A stretch of DNA of 64,000 bases, taken from positions 22,775,206-22,839,205 of the forward strand of contig NC_057720.1 of assembly GCF_004010195.1 (NCBI RefSeq), in the 5' to 3' direction. Under the pieces are notes generated by a model. It was given only the letters and a program-made list of their open reading frames with translations. It did no database searches and was not told where the DNA came from. The translations under genes and the position numbers were made by a program. This DNA is from Chiloscyllium plagiosum (lineage: Eukaryota). Positions 12,356 to 25,297 of this stretch are shown one piece after another; position 1 is the stretch's first letter, and the number at the start of each line of letters is the position of its first letter.

Positions 12356-13855
12356 TGAAACCATCGTTAACTTTAAACCGCACAAAAATATTGCATGTTG
12401 GTGAAAAAAAATCACAATTTCTTAATGGACACCTGACAAAGAATCATCATGATTCAAATCAAAATGATGTCCTTTTCCCTTTAATTCTGTTTTTTTTAAA
12501 AGCTGTTCCCTCAGCCTAAGAAGGTTTGAAAAAGAAATACGCCATCACCCAATCATACATCTGCTCTGCAGTGGAGATAGGCTTTCACTTGTATTATTGA
12601 CTTCAATCTTCACATTTTGGATCAGATTTAGAGTTTGATGAAGTGCTTATGCCCAAAACGTCAATTCTCCTCCTCCTTGGATGCTGCCTGATTGGCTGTG
12701 CTTTTCCAGCACCACACTCTCATCTCATGGCACAGTCAAGAAATTACCTTTTGAAGTTTTGTCACTATTATAAATGTAGCAACAGGTTTGAGTATAGCAA
12801 GGTGCTGTAAATAGACATGAGAAAAATGGCCCAGAAATACAAACAGAAAATGGGTGAAAAAACTCAGCAGACTTGGCAGAATCCATGAAAAGAGAAAGAG
12901 AGTTAATGTTTCAGGAACATGACCTTTCATTAGATCACTGTTTAAACAAATTATCACATTATTTGTTATTGCTGATAATAGTACAGGGATGCTTTTTGGA
13001 CTGGAAATCAGGAGAACTTGCCTGCAATTTTCAATTAGTGCCAATGGAACCTCTCATTCCACCCAAAAGATAACAGTATGCACAACTATTGCTATTAATA
13101 AATTGCTATCCAAAATACCAAGACTACAGACTATAATAAGTGACAACAGAGAAGCTATGTTAAAATTTCAGCTGAACTAAATACAGCTCACTGACAATGT
13201 ATGAAACATAAACAGAATACTATTTAGTTATTTCGCCAGTGGGTGCATGGGACCTACCATTTTCCCAGCAGTTATCTATAATCCATTCAGTTTCATTATG
13301 CACCCTGTCTTGCAGTGTTGTTATTTTGATCTAAAAAATTTCCAACTTATTGAATGAAACATTTTCACAAGGAACCAACATATGCCTAAGTGCCAGTTAT
13401 AGATTTGCAATCTCAGTGGAGCTGGGATGAGAAACAATAGAATTGATACAATGTTCAACAATATGTGATTCAAGTAATTTTGCACAATCAACCATGCTCT
13501 GTAACACATAACCTAAAAGTTATTTTAATGAAGACGTTTGAATAAAGCAAAAACCGCTGTAACACAATCAAAAGTGAAACCGTCTTTAACTTCAAAAAGC
13601 ACAAAGATGTAGAATTTGGTAAAAAAAATCACAATTTCTCAATGGACACCTGACAGATAATCATCATGATTTGAATCAAATTGACCTCCTTTTACCTTCA
13701 ATTCTTTTTTTTAAAGCAGTTCCTTCAGCATAAAAATGTTTGAAAAAAAAATACGCTATCACCCAAACACACATCTGCTCTGCATTGGAGATAGGCTTTC
13801 ACTTGTATTATTGATTTCAATCTTCACATTTTGGATCAGATTTAGAGTTTGATGA
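12356..13855 (+). repeat. Diverged ~280-bp direct duplication (12356-12639 and 13575-13855)
   Basis: Colinear match, e.g. GGAGATAGGCTTTCACTTGTATTATTGA and CTTCACATTTTGGATCAGATTTAGAGTTTGATGA in both copies. Confidence 0.92.
12636..12726 (+). mobile_element. PLE family B terminus with decayed hammerhead
   Basis: TGATGAAGTGCTTATGCCCAAAACGTC...CTTTTCCAGCACCAC is the reverse complement of the 3984-4062 type. Confidence 0.8.
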
Positions 13856-14218
13856 GCTGTGGCCAATTTGGATAACACTGAACATGTTAATCACTCTCTC
13901 TAATGACAATTATTCCAAGGGTAAATATTAATTATCTTTTCATTATTAATTAACAAGAAATTGCACCGTCAAATATCTCATTGCAAACAAAACAAATGAG
14001 TAAATTTCAACTCTCAATACCATTAATTTTAGGCATCGGCAGCAAATAAGGCAAAGACACACTATGCCATAAGCTAACGTGATTTTACATTGGTGAATTT
14101 TCCATGATCACCATTTCTGCACACATGCCAACCCGCAAAATATACAAAAATCTTTAAATAAGTCTATAATGACACTGTGCTATCTAGTGAATAACACCAA
14201 TGGTATATTTAAATGCAA

Positions 14219-14330
14219 GGGGCTCTTGTCACACAGTGGCAGTGTCCCTACCTCAGAGCCAGATGGCTCAGGTTCAAGACCTATCTGTTCTAGAAATGTG
14301 TTGTAATTCATCTTCACCAGTTGATTAAAA
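14219..14330 (+). mobile_element. Short tRNA-derived SINE
   Basis: A/B-box-like CAGTGG...GGTTCAAGACC. Related copies at 36686-36800 and 62870-63125. Confidence 0.55.
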
Positions 14331-14739
14331 AAGCACCTATACACTGGATGTTAACCATGAACAAGTGAAATGAGCACTCATATTATCAGGTGCCAACTGA
14401 AAGGCAGAGGTATATTTTAAGGGCCACAGGAATTACATTGTACAATTTTACAGCACCATCCTTCCAGCAGAAATAAAATGCTTTCTTCTTTTAGAATTTT
14501 ATTTTGCACATTCTATGGTTCTATAAAGAAAATGTATTTTTTGTGTCCTCTCTCTAGTTTGGTGCATGAATTATGGATGGTAGATATCAAGAGGAACTTG
14601 ACACGAAACCTTAGACTTTGAGGTTTCAGACGTTTAATAATAAGAGACAGACAAAGCGCATATACCCATATCAATTTCTGCAGCTAGTTTATTTCTTGGA
14701 ACAGGTCACTAGCCTGTCATCGAGGGCTAATAACTTTGA

Positions 14740-14945
14740 ATGGTGCCACCCTGCATTGAGTATGGATGACCAGGAGACTCTCCCACTCTTACCCTGCCAT
14801 CAGTATGTTGGAAGGATTAGCATGTTGATATCAACCTGTTTTGTTATGTCATAAATATACCTTCTGTGACCGTCAAGTCTTGGAGTGGAATCGAACTCAG
14901 AGCTTCTGGTGCAGAGGCAAGGATTCTTGCCCCTCACCACAAGGC
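14740..14945 (-). mobile_element. Degraded tRNA-derived SINE
   Basis: Minus-strand head with box-B-like GAGTTCGATTCC. Confidence 0.45.
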
Positions 14946-15406
14946 CTGTTACCGTTAATATATCCCTGCAAAAATATCCTACTTTCTGCATCTCAATAAG
15001 TAACAAACCCGACTATGGGAACTATATTACCACAGCTGTTAAATTTGAAAAAAATTATAATTCCAGACTGCTTTTAGACATATCACTAACATTGAATCGA
15101 TTTTTTTCTACAAATAGAGGCATTAAGCCAAGTGAAAGATTCAGTTCACTGGTAAAAGCAAGCTTTTAACCTACTCCAGGGCTAAGTGCCAATAGGAGAG
15201 AGTACTGTACTTTTCAGTAGCATAATCCTTTCACATTATCCTTCCCTTGACTCCCAACAGGCACAAAAATTAGCATTTCAATCCCTTCATGCAGCTGGAG
15301 TACAAATACTTTTTTGTTAAATTAAGGAAACCACAAGGCTGAATACAAGGTATCAGTGCAAGCCAATGTACAGTATTGAAGTAAACAACTACCTGTATAT
15401 TCTACG

Positions 15407-16051
15407 TGAGTAGGAGATGCACCTTGATGTTTGGTATGCCTGCCTGTATTAGTCAGTGCATTGAGTATAGGAGTTGGCAGATCATGTTGCAGCTATACAG
15501 GATATTGGGTCGGCCACTTTTGGAGTATTGCATGCAATTCTGGTCTCTCTCTTATAGGAAGGATGTTGTGAAATTTGAAAGGGTTCAGAAAAGGTTTACG
15601 AGGATGTTGCCCGGGTTGGAGGGTTTGAGCTATAGGGAGAGGCTGAACAGACTGGGACTATCTTCTCTGGAGCGTCGGAGGCTGAGAGGTGACCTTATAA
15701 ACGTTTATAAAATCATGATGGGGCATGTATCTGGTAAATAGGCCTTTTCCCCAGGGTGGGGGAGACCAAAACTAGAGGGCATAGATTTAACGTGAGAAGG
15801 GAAAGATATAAAAGGGAACTAAGGGGCAAGTTTTACAGGCTGGGGTTGGTGCATGTATGGAATGAGCTGCTCGAGGAAATGGGGAGGCTGGTACAATTAC
15901 AGCATTTAAAAGGAATCTGGATGGGTACATGAATAGGAAGGGTTTAGAGGCATATGGGCCAAGTGCTGGCAAATGGGACAAGATTTATACAGGACATCTG
16001 GTCGGCATGGTCAAGTTGGACCAAAGAGTGTGCTGTATATCTCTATGACTC
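15407..16051 (+). mobile_element. CR1 3' fragment
   Basis: ORF 15406-15741 (LEYCMQFWS...ERVQKRFTRMLPG...RRLRGDLI) and a CTCTATGACT tail. Confidence 0.92.
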
Positions 16052-18535
16052 TCTGGAGAGGCCGACATAGTTTTAATGTTCCTCCTGGCTATGGATTTTA
16101 CCCTTCAATGTCAGGAATTGCTGGAGGAAAAAATAGTTCTCATTCCACCATTCAAACCTTGGATGAAAAATCAGGCATTTTTTTTCTCTATGTCAAAAAT
16201 CTAACTTTTCTGATCATATTACAATAACCGAACTAACTCCCATGTTACTTAGTGGCTTAGAAATTCCAGTCCTTTTTCTTCTATCTGAGCATGCCGTACC
16301 ACACATACACCAGTTCCCCTTTTTTCCAACAATTTCAACTTAATCCAAGCAGGTCCCCAGAAGACCTCACTAAAATGATAAATGCTGAGGCAGGAAATGT
16401 TAGCTTATTCCATCATGTCAAAGATTCACAGAAATCTTGTGAACAGAAAAAAAAAACTAAGCTCGGCATTAATTTGAAGCAAAAATGTTAAAAGTGTTTA
16501 ATTCAGGAAGTAAATTCATGACACCTTCTTCCACCTCTTCTGATACTATCTAATGTATTTTATAGTACTTTTAGATTTCATTGTAAAATTAATTGCCACT
16601 TCAAGAACAATAGTGTGTGACTAGATAATTAACCAAGAGCATATTGCATTGTTCACCATGTTGTCATCTTCTGATAGCCCATATTGTCCAAAACACTGAC
16701 CACTATACCATTTAGAAATTAAGAGAGATGCAGGTGATGACCATGTGTATTGTTCAGGTCTGATCAAAATTAATACAAGAGGAACACGTGTACTTCAATA
16801 TATAGCTGATTTATTAGTTTAATCTACTTATATATAAATAAAATATGCAAAGCATTAAATGAATCTATTAGTTTAAACTACATAATATGCATGTAAAGTA
16901 AATCTCACACTGCCTTCTGTTCAGGACTCGGAGATCTATCTCAGATTTCTCACACCAGTTGGGTGAATCCCAGCCCGATGGTAAAATGTCCAAAATATGG
17001 GACAATATCACTGCTGTTAATATTATTCTGGTTAAATGTTGCATCATCATTTTATAGAACTTTCAGTACTTCTCAATATGCCATTGTGCAAAAAAAAACA
17101 AGTTGAAAACATCTCTAGGTGTCCCTGTTTTAATCAAGGCTATGTCGTTACCTCCCAGTTAAATCAGGGTGTTTTTTGACACTAGGTGTATTTTCACATA
17201 GTTTTCCACTTTGCTTCAAATGATTTTGATGTGAATATAGTAGGAATGGTTAGTAAGTTTGTAGATGACACCAAACTCGATGGTGTAGTGGACAGTGAAG
17301 AAGAGTGCCTCAGAGTATAATGGGACCTTGTCAGATGGGCCGAGGATCGGCAGATGGAGTTTAATTTAGATAAATGTGAGGTGCTGCATTTTGGAAAGGC
17401 AAATCAGGGCAGGACTTGTACTCTTAATGGTAGGACCCGGAGGAATTATCATTGTGGCTACCTCTGAGGTCGAGGATGATGGCTTGCCAGAGTTTCCTGT
17501 CCTTGGCATTGGTTTCCCAATTGTTGATGTCAATGTTACATTTCTTCGTGTTGGCTTTTAAAGCATCGTTAAATCTCTTCAGTTGTCTGCCTCTTTTGTG
17601 TTTGCCTTCTTTAAGCTGGGAGTAAAAGATTTGTTTCGGCAGACGTTCATCTTTCATCCAAACAACATGACCGCTCCAGCTTAGTTGATTCTTGATGACG
17701 TAGGCTTCAATGCTTTATGTTTTTGCTTCATTCAGCACTCTGATGTTGCTGCTTCTATCTTCCCAGCTGATATTCAAAGATTTCAAAGGCAGCATTGATG
17801 GAACTTTTCAAGTGCCTTCAGATGTCGTTGGTATGTTGTCCAAGTTTCTGATGTGTACAGGAATGCTGGGGTCACCACTACTTTGTATACTAACATTTTA
17901 GTGTCTGTCCGATGTCACGATCATGAAAGACTCTTGTTCGGAGATGTCCAAAAGCTATTCCAGCACATTTAAATGATGTTGGATCTCGTCATTCAGGTCA
18001 ACATTGGAGGGGAGGTGACTTCCAAGATATTGAAAGTGGTCCACATTTCCAGGGTTGTTTCGCCAAGTTGAATTGATGGTTCTATCCAATTTGTCTCAGT
18101 TGGTGACAGTTGATAGATGATGTGAGTCTCCTTGGAATTGATGGTAAGTCCAAGATTCATGTATGCATGGTTGAAGGCAGTCAGAATGTTTTGTAGGTGG
18201 TTTCCTGAGAGACCAGCAACACTGTTGTCATCTGCATATTGGTACTCGATGAGGGAACTCACAGATGTCTTGTTTTGTTTTTGGACTTAAGATGGACAAG
18301 GTTGTAAGGTCTGCCATCTGTTCCATAGACAATTTTGATTCCTGGGAGTAGGTCATCCTTTTGGTAGCCAATTGTTTGTCATTTTGTAAGGTGATGAAAG
18401 CTCTTATTTTTTTGTCGATAAGTTGTTGGAGTAGTTTGTCTCTATCATTGAACCAATCCTGATTTTTTTTTGTCTTGAACCCAATTGTTTCCTTGCAGGA
18501 AGTGATGATAGCGTTCTTCAATTCATTCCAGTATT

Positions 18536-19080
18536 GTTAGCGAATTTTAAGAAGATTAGTAGCTGAGATTGAGGTTCTGGATGTAGGTTTGCTCGCTGAG
18601 CAGGAAGGTTCATTTTCAGATGTTTTGTCACCATACTAGGTAACATCTTCAGTGAGCCTCCTAATGAAGCACTGGTGGTATGGCCTGCTTTTAATTTATG
18701 GGTTTAGGTTTCCTTGGGTTGGTGTTGTCATTTCCTGCAATGACATCATTTCCTATCTGATGTTATTTCCTGTTCTTTTTCTCAGGAAGTGGTAAATGGG
18801 ATCCAAGTCAATGTGTTTGTTGATAGAGTTTCGGTTAGAATGCCATGCTTCTCGGTATTCTTGTGCGTGTCTCTGTTTGGCTTGTCCTAGGATGGATGTG
18901 TTGGCCTAGTCGAAGTGGTGTCCTTCCTCATCCGTATGTAAGGACACTAGTGAGATTGGGTCTTGTCGTTTTGTGCCTTGTTGATGTTCATGTATTCTGG
19001 TGGCTAGTTTTATGCCTGTTTGTCCAACGTCTGTTTGTTATAGTCCTTGCATTGTATTTTGTAAATGACATTAGTTAATG
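18536..19080 (-). mobile_element. 5'-truncated PLE family A (GIY-YIG domain plus pseudo-LTR) inside the RTE
   Basis: Minus strand NVIYKIQC...GQTG.KLATRIHEH. 11-bp TSD ATTCCAGTATT at 18525-18535 and 19081-19091. Confidence 0.92.
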
Positions 19081-20155
19081 ATTCCAGTATTCATCTACAG
19101 ATGGTGGCATTTGCTGAGCCAGTTGTTCTTGAAGATATTATTGGAACTTCTGTACATGTTGGAGGATGTCAACATTGAATTTCTTAAAAGTGTTCTGATT
19201 TTAGTGTTTCCTTTTGGGCCGAATCTTCATTCTCATGGTGGACGAGATGAGTTGACATTCTGCCCAGCACTTATTGGCACCTACAATAGCTATTGTTATC
19301 GGTACATCTTATTAGTCCCAAGATCATACGATGATGTAGTCAATGAGATGCCACTGTTTACAGCATGGATGCTGCCAGGAGACTTTCTTTCTGTTTTTCT
19401 GGTGAAATAGGGTATTTGTAATCACCAGATTGTGTTCAACACATTTTGTGGGGAGGAGTGTTCAATTGGCATTGACCTTGCCAACTCCTTCCTGGCCTAT
19501 TATTTCAGCCCAGAGCCTATGATCTTTCCTGACTCTGGCACTGAAGTCTCCCAAGAGCATGACCTTGTCATTGTTGGGAACAGAGGAATGGACGTCGTCA
19601 AGTTGGGCGCAGAAGTTCTCCTTTACTTCGTCTTCAGCATCTACAGTCAGAGCATAGGTGCTGATGATGATGTCATATTGGTTCTTGATGAGCTGGATTC
19701 GCAGAGTCATGAAACATTCATTGATTCCCAGTAGTTGCTCTGTCAGCTTCTGAAGTAGGCTGTTTTGGATGGCAGAACCTACTTCATGGATCCATGGTTG
19801 TTCAGGTTCAAGTCCTTTCCAGAAAATGGTATATTGACCTTGCTCTTCCTTTAGTTGCCCTTCTCCAGCTCTGCACGTCTCACTTAGAGCAATGATGTCA
19901 AAGTTGAAATTTTGGAGTGCCTGGGCAACAAAGGTAGTTCTCCTCTCTGGCTGGTCTGAGTTTGGGTTATCCATCAGAGTTTGTATATTCCAAGTTCCAA
20001 ATTTCATAGTTTCACTTCTCGATGTTTCTTGACTGCATAACGGTGATCCCTCTGGACGCTGATTTCCTGAGAGGATGGAGTGAAGCAGACTATTTTTAAG
20101 GCACCTTTTCTAGTCCCCTCCCAGATCAGGGTGAGCAGAGTGGATCCTAAATAGG

Positions 20156-20256
20156 GATTAGCGAGTTTTGAGAAAATCTGTAGCTCAGGTTAAGGTTCTG
20201 GATGTAAGTTTGCTTGCTGAGCTGGACGAATCTTCCAGCTCAACCAGCAAACCTGC
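20156..20256. mobile_element. ~100-bp fold-back PLE family A insertion
   Basis: Terminus followed by its partial reverse complement. Direct repeat ATCCTAAATAGG at 20144-20155 and 20257-20268. Confidence 0.85.
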
Positions 20257-22179
20257 ATCCTAAATAGGAGTGCTCAGACATGAATACTGCTACTGAACAA
20301 CTTTCCTGCTTCTGTCCAAAAGTTGAGCGACCGAATCAAGTATTCCCTACTTTTGTGCTGGTTCTTAACTAGGAGCTTCCAGCCTCATTGCCTGCTCCCG
20401 TCGCCTTCCCCTAATCGCCAAACGACATGAAGAAGTAGCCCACAGAGCGAAGATGCCTGTGTGTGTATTTGTTTAATGTGTACTTGATGTTGCACTCCAA
20501 GAAGCACGCAATACTTCACAAATCAACAAACTGATTCCAAGGGCTTGGGAAACCACGACGATTGGATCTGATGATTTGTTGCAGCCTTCATCCGCCTTCA
20601 CAGCCATTGAGTTTGAAGCCTGTTCCACCTTGGTTGGATTGTTCTTTGTCATGGGCTTCACCCTTGACCTTACCGCCATGGGTGACTCTACCAGGACCAT
20701 AGCTCAAGATGGCATCGCTCATGAGATCTCAAGACCACATAAGAGTCACACGTCGACAGGGTAATGAACAAGGCGTTTGGTACGTTTGCCTTTATTGGTC
20801 AGTGCACTGAGTATAGGAGTTGAAACTTCCTGTTGTGGCTTTATAGAACATTGGTCAGGCCACCTTTGGAATACTGCATTCAATTCCAGTCTCCCCGCTA
20901 TAGGAAAGGTGTTGTGAAACTTGAAGGGATGCAGAAAAAATTTACAAGGATGTTGCTGGGAGTGGAGGGTTTGATCGATCGGGAGAGGATGAATAGGCTG
21001 GGGCTATTTTTCCTGGACTGTCGGAAGGTGAGGCGTAACCTCATTGAGGTTTATAAAATCATGAGGATAGGGTGAATAGCCAAGATCTTTTCCCTGGGAT
21101 GCAGGAAGTCCAAAATGAGAGGGCATAGGTTTAAGGTGAAAGTGGAAAGATTTAAAAGGGACCCAAAAGGCAACTTTTTCATGCAGGGGGTGATGTCTGT
21201 ATGGTACAAACGTCCTGAGGAAGTGGTGGAGGCTGGTACAATTACAACATTTAAAAGGCATCAGGATGGTTACATGAATAGGAAGGGTTTCGAGGGATAT
21301 GGCCCAAGTGCTGGTATATGGGACTGAATTTATTTAGAATATCTGGTTGGTGCGGCTGAATTGGAACGAAGGGTCTGTTTCCAGGCTGTGTAAATGTAAC
21401 TCTATGCTCATTGTCACATCCAATTAACCCTTGATGATCTGGTTTAGAAATATTTTTCAAGGCTAAAACTACACATTGTGTAATTGAAGCACTTCCTATC
21501 ATGCACCCCACGATGTTCTAGTAACAAGGGTATTCTTTCTCAAGGAACACTTTAGTTTGTGAAGTGACTGATAAGTATTGATAAAATTTCTCAAGCTTTG
21601 GTTTATTTCTATTCATCGCTTAATTTCATTTACTATATACAGACATGCTTCACTATAAATATTTGGAAAGATTCACTGCTATGGATTATTAACTGCAAAT
21701 TTCAGTACGTTACATTTAACGAGAGAAAGAGTGTCAGATGAGGTTAGATGAGCTGATGAAAAGATGGCTGGAGAAATATTGGTCCAGAACGAAGGGCTTT
21801 AGATTCTGAGGCATTATAAACATTTCTTGGGGACATGGGACCAGTATAAGTTGAATGAATTACATCTGAACTGGAAATGGACATAACCTTGTGGGGAGAT
21901 TCATGAATCTGTTGGGGTGGATTTAAATTTCTTTGGCAAAGAGATCCTGACAAGTCATTCAGAAGGGAAGACAAGCTAATGTGGAATTAGAAGCTAAAAC
22001 TTTAAGAAGTGAGCCTGGCAGTCAGCAGAAAGGTAGGGCCGAATTAAAAAGAGAAGTCACAAACAAAACAGAAATTGCTGGAAAAGCTCAGCAGGTCTGG
22101 AAGTATCTGTGGAGAGAATTCAGATTTAACATTTCAGGTTGAGTGAATGGAAGGGTCTGAAGAAGGTCACTTGGCCCGT

Positions 22180-22400
22180 TGTAATCCTTGTAAATCTTTT
22201 CTGAACTCTTTCAAGTTTCACAGCATCCTTCCAATAGAAAGAAGAGAATTGCACGCAATATTCCAAAAGTGGCCTAACCAATGTCCTGTACAGCAGCAAC
22301 ATAACCTCCTAACTCCTATACTCAATGCTCTGACCAGTAAAGGAAAGCATACCAGGTGCTTTCTTCACTGTCCTATCTATCTATGACTCTACTTTCAAGG
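22180..22400 (-). mobile_element. CR1 internal fragment
   Basis: Reverse complement of the 30895-31110 type sequence. Confidence 0.8.
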
Positions 22401-22636
22401 AATGAGACAGATGAACTGAGGGTACAGATAGGATTGTGGAAGTATGATATAATAGTTATGACCAATATATTCAGATGACAAAGAGAGGGATATAGAAGAG
22501 GAAGGGTTTGAAATATTGAATAAGGTATCAATTGATTAGTGATATCTTGGAAGAATCATCAAATGAGGCCACATGAGTTGAAGTAAAAAACACAAGAAGT
22601 GTAGATACGGAGTTAAGCGTATACAATAGCCATTAA

Positions 22637-22945
22637 GGGGTGGCACGATGGCTCAGTGGTTAGCACTGCTGCCTCACAGCACCAGGGACCTGGGTTCAAT
22701 CCCTGCCTCAGGCAACTGTCTGTGTGGAATTTGCACATTCTCCCTGTGTCTGTGTGGGTTTGCTCCGGTTTCCTCCCGCAGTCCAAAGATGTGCAGCTTA
22801 GGTGAATTGGCCATGCTAAATTGCCCATAGTGTTAGGTGGATTAGTCAGGGGTAAATATAGGGGAGTTGGTTTCTCTTCGGAGGGTCGGTGTGGACTTGT
22901 TGGGCCGAAGGGCCTGTTTCCACACTGTAGGTAATCTAATCTAAT
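22637..22945 (+). mobile_element. HE1-like V-SINE
   Basis: GGGTGGCACGATGGCTCAGTGGTTAGC head, V-core and AATCT tail. Confidence 0.92.
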
Positions 22946-24594
22946 ATCCCCAAAGACCTTATTTTCAGAAACGAGCCCAGATATTAACAAGCACACATTA
23001 TTAATGGAGTGTTTTTGGAAGTAGTAACCATAACTCAGGTATATTTAGGATACTAATGGAAAAGAATAAAAGATGGGCCAGAAATAAAAGTGCTAAACTA
23101 AGGAAAGGCTTATTTTACTTGCATAAGAAATGACTGGGCCCAAGTACATCAGGAACAACTCTGCGACTTGCAGAGAAAAATGCATCAGATTAGTGGGAGG
23201 CATTCAAGATGGAAATAACAAGAGTATACGGCAAAGATGTTTTCATAAAGACAAAGATTCATGACTGAGACCAGGTCACTCCAAATGTCAAGACAGATAC
23301 TGATTAGGATTAGGAAGGAAGAGAAGCACGTTACAGTTACAATGGGCTGATTGAAGCTGTGTCCCCATCAATGTATAAAAGGTGCAGGGAAAACCTAAAA
23401 AGGAAATTAGGAAAGTGAAGAGATTGAATAAGAAAGCATTGGCGGGTTAAATAATTTGTTTTTGTTAACTACATAAGGAGCAAGAGAAACCTCTTTCCCT
23501 CAAGGTACCATAGATATAATCTGTGTATGGAAACAGACGATGTGAGTACAGTCCTCAATGAATACTTTGTGTCTTCACAATGGAAAAGGAGGACAGCTAT
23601 CGACATCAAGGTGGAGACTGTGACATTATCCCATTATTATAAATGGAAGGGATAGACGAGGAAATTACAGGTCAGTCAGTCAAACCTCATTGGTGTGGAA
23701 ATTATTAGAAATAATTCTTCGCAACAGAATATTGGCACTGAGACAGGCATTGTTCAACAGGAATAGTCAGCAAAGGAAGTGTTTGACAAACTTGATTGAA
23801 ATTTCTTGAGGAGGTAACCAGGAACGTTGACGAGGATAATGCCTGTACTGAGTTCCATGGATCGGAGTAAGGCGTTTGATAAGGTTCCTCATGACAGATT
23901 GATCAAAAGAGTAAGATGTGGCATGTTAGATCCAAAGTTAACTGAAAGGCAGGGAACAGAGGGTGAAGGTGGAGGGATGTTTTCTGTGACTGCAAGTCTG
24001 TTTCCACTGGTAGTTTCTGGTAGAAGTTAATGATTTGTACTAAAATGCGGGGGTATAGTCAAGAAGTTCATGGATCACAAAAAACTTGGTTGGGTGGTAA
24101 ATCTTGAAGCAACAGACTGATGAAGTGAGCAGAGCATGGGGAATGGGATTCAAACTACAAAAAAAAGGTGTGACAGAATGCATTAGGGGAATGCTAACAA
24201 GACAAGCAATTACATTATTAATGATCATAGTTTTAGAAGCACACAGTCATACAGCATATTCAGCCAACCATGTCAATGCAAACCAACAGAAACCAACCCG
24301 CACTAATCCTACTTCCATAGTGTAGGATTGGTCCATAGTGTACTATGCCTGGCCATTTTAGTACTTTTCCAAAAGCTTCCTAAATGTTGCAAGAACACTT
24401 GATACCACCACCCTTTTCAGGTAACATGTTCCATATATCTAACACACTTTGTGTGAAAAACATTTTCCTCAAATTGCCTGTAAGCACTTACTCCTCACCT
24501 TAAACGTATGCGCTTTGGTCAGATCCTTTTGAGTACTGAGGATCAGAGGTCCTTAGTGTGCATATCTACAGAACTTTGAAGGTACCAGGCAAGT

Positions 24595-25297
24595 CACAGA
24601 ATCATACAGTCCACGCTGACCATAAACTAACCTCATCCCACTTGTCTGCACTTGGTCCATACCCCTCCACACCTTTTCTATTCATGTATTTATCCAAATA
24701 TCTTTGAATCATTTTAACTGCACCTGCATCCACCACTTCCTTTGGCAGTTCATTCCACATACTAACCACTCTCTGTATAAAAAAGGTTGCCCCTCACATC
24801 TTTTCCAAATCTTTCTCCTCTCACTTTAAAAATACAAATAGTTTTGAACTCCCCCACACTTGGGAAAAACCTTTGCCATTTACCTTATCTATATTCCTCA
24901 TGATTTTATAATTCTCTATCAGGTCACCCCTTAATCTCCAGTTAGAAAAAGTCCCAGATTTTCCAGATTTGGAGATGCCAGTGTTGGACTGGGGTGCACA
25001 AAGTTAAAAATCACACAATACCAGGTTATAGTCCAACAGGTTTAATTGGAAGCACACAGAATTCTGTGTCTGACAATTGTGCCCTCCACAACCATCTGTT
25101 GAAGGAGCGGCGCTCCGAAAACTAGTGTGCTTCCAATTAAACCTGTTGGACTATAGCCAGATTTTCCAGCCTCTCTTTATAACTCAAACCCTCCAGACCC
25201 ATCAACATCTTGGTAAATCTTTTCTGAACACTCTCCAATTTGTTAATATCCTTCCTATAGCAAGGCAGCCAGAACTGTACGCAGTACTTCAGAAAGG
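24595..25297 (-). mobile_element. CR1 3' fragment
   Basis: ORF 25137-25349 (YCVQFW...LESVQKRFTKML) and a CR1 3' UTR near 24600-24680. Confidence 0.85.
24967..25156. mobile_element. Fold-back PLE family C mini-insertion
   Basis: Inverted TATAGTCCAACAGGTTTAATTGGAAGCAC arms. 13-bp TSD CCAGATTTTCCAG at 24954-24966 and 25157-25169. Confidence 0.88.

Larger units (their letters stand above)
17441..20765 (-). mobile_element. RTE-clade LINE: 5' UTR, APE endonuclease, partly deleted RT, C-terminus; inactive
   Basis: ORF 19462-20007 (FGTWNIQTL...PERRT...IIALSET...GEGQL...LLGDF), YQYADD in ORF 17993-18262, and RLPKQIFYSQL...GRQLKRF in ORF 17424-17657. Confidence 0.92.
17218..21405 (+). mobile_element. 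CR1 3' portion split by the RTE insertion (17218-17440 and 20766-21405)
   Basis: SKFVDDTK-coding DNA on the left and ORFs 20833-21075 and 21115-21327 on the right continue the same ORF2. Confidence 0.85.

Noticed and set aside
12797..12815. GCAAGGTGCTGTAAATAGA as the right-hand TSD of the CR1-PLE chimera
   Set aside because: It resembles 10131-10150 but is imperfect and does not abut an element end, whereas 12295-12304 is exact and adjacent. Not fully excluded.
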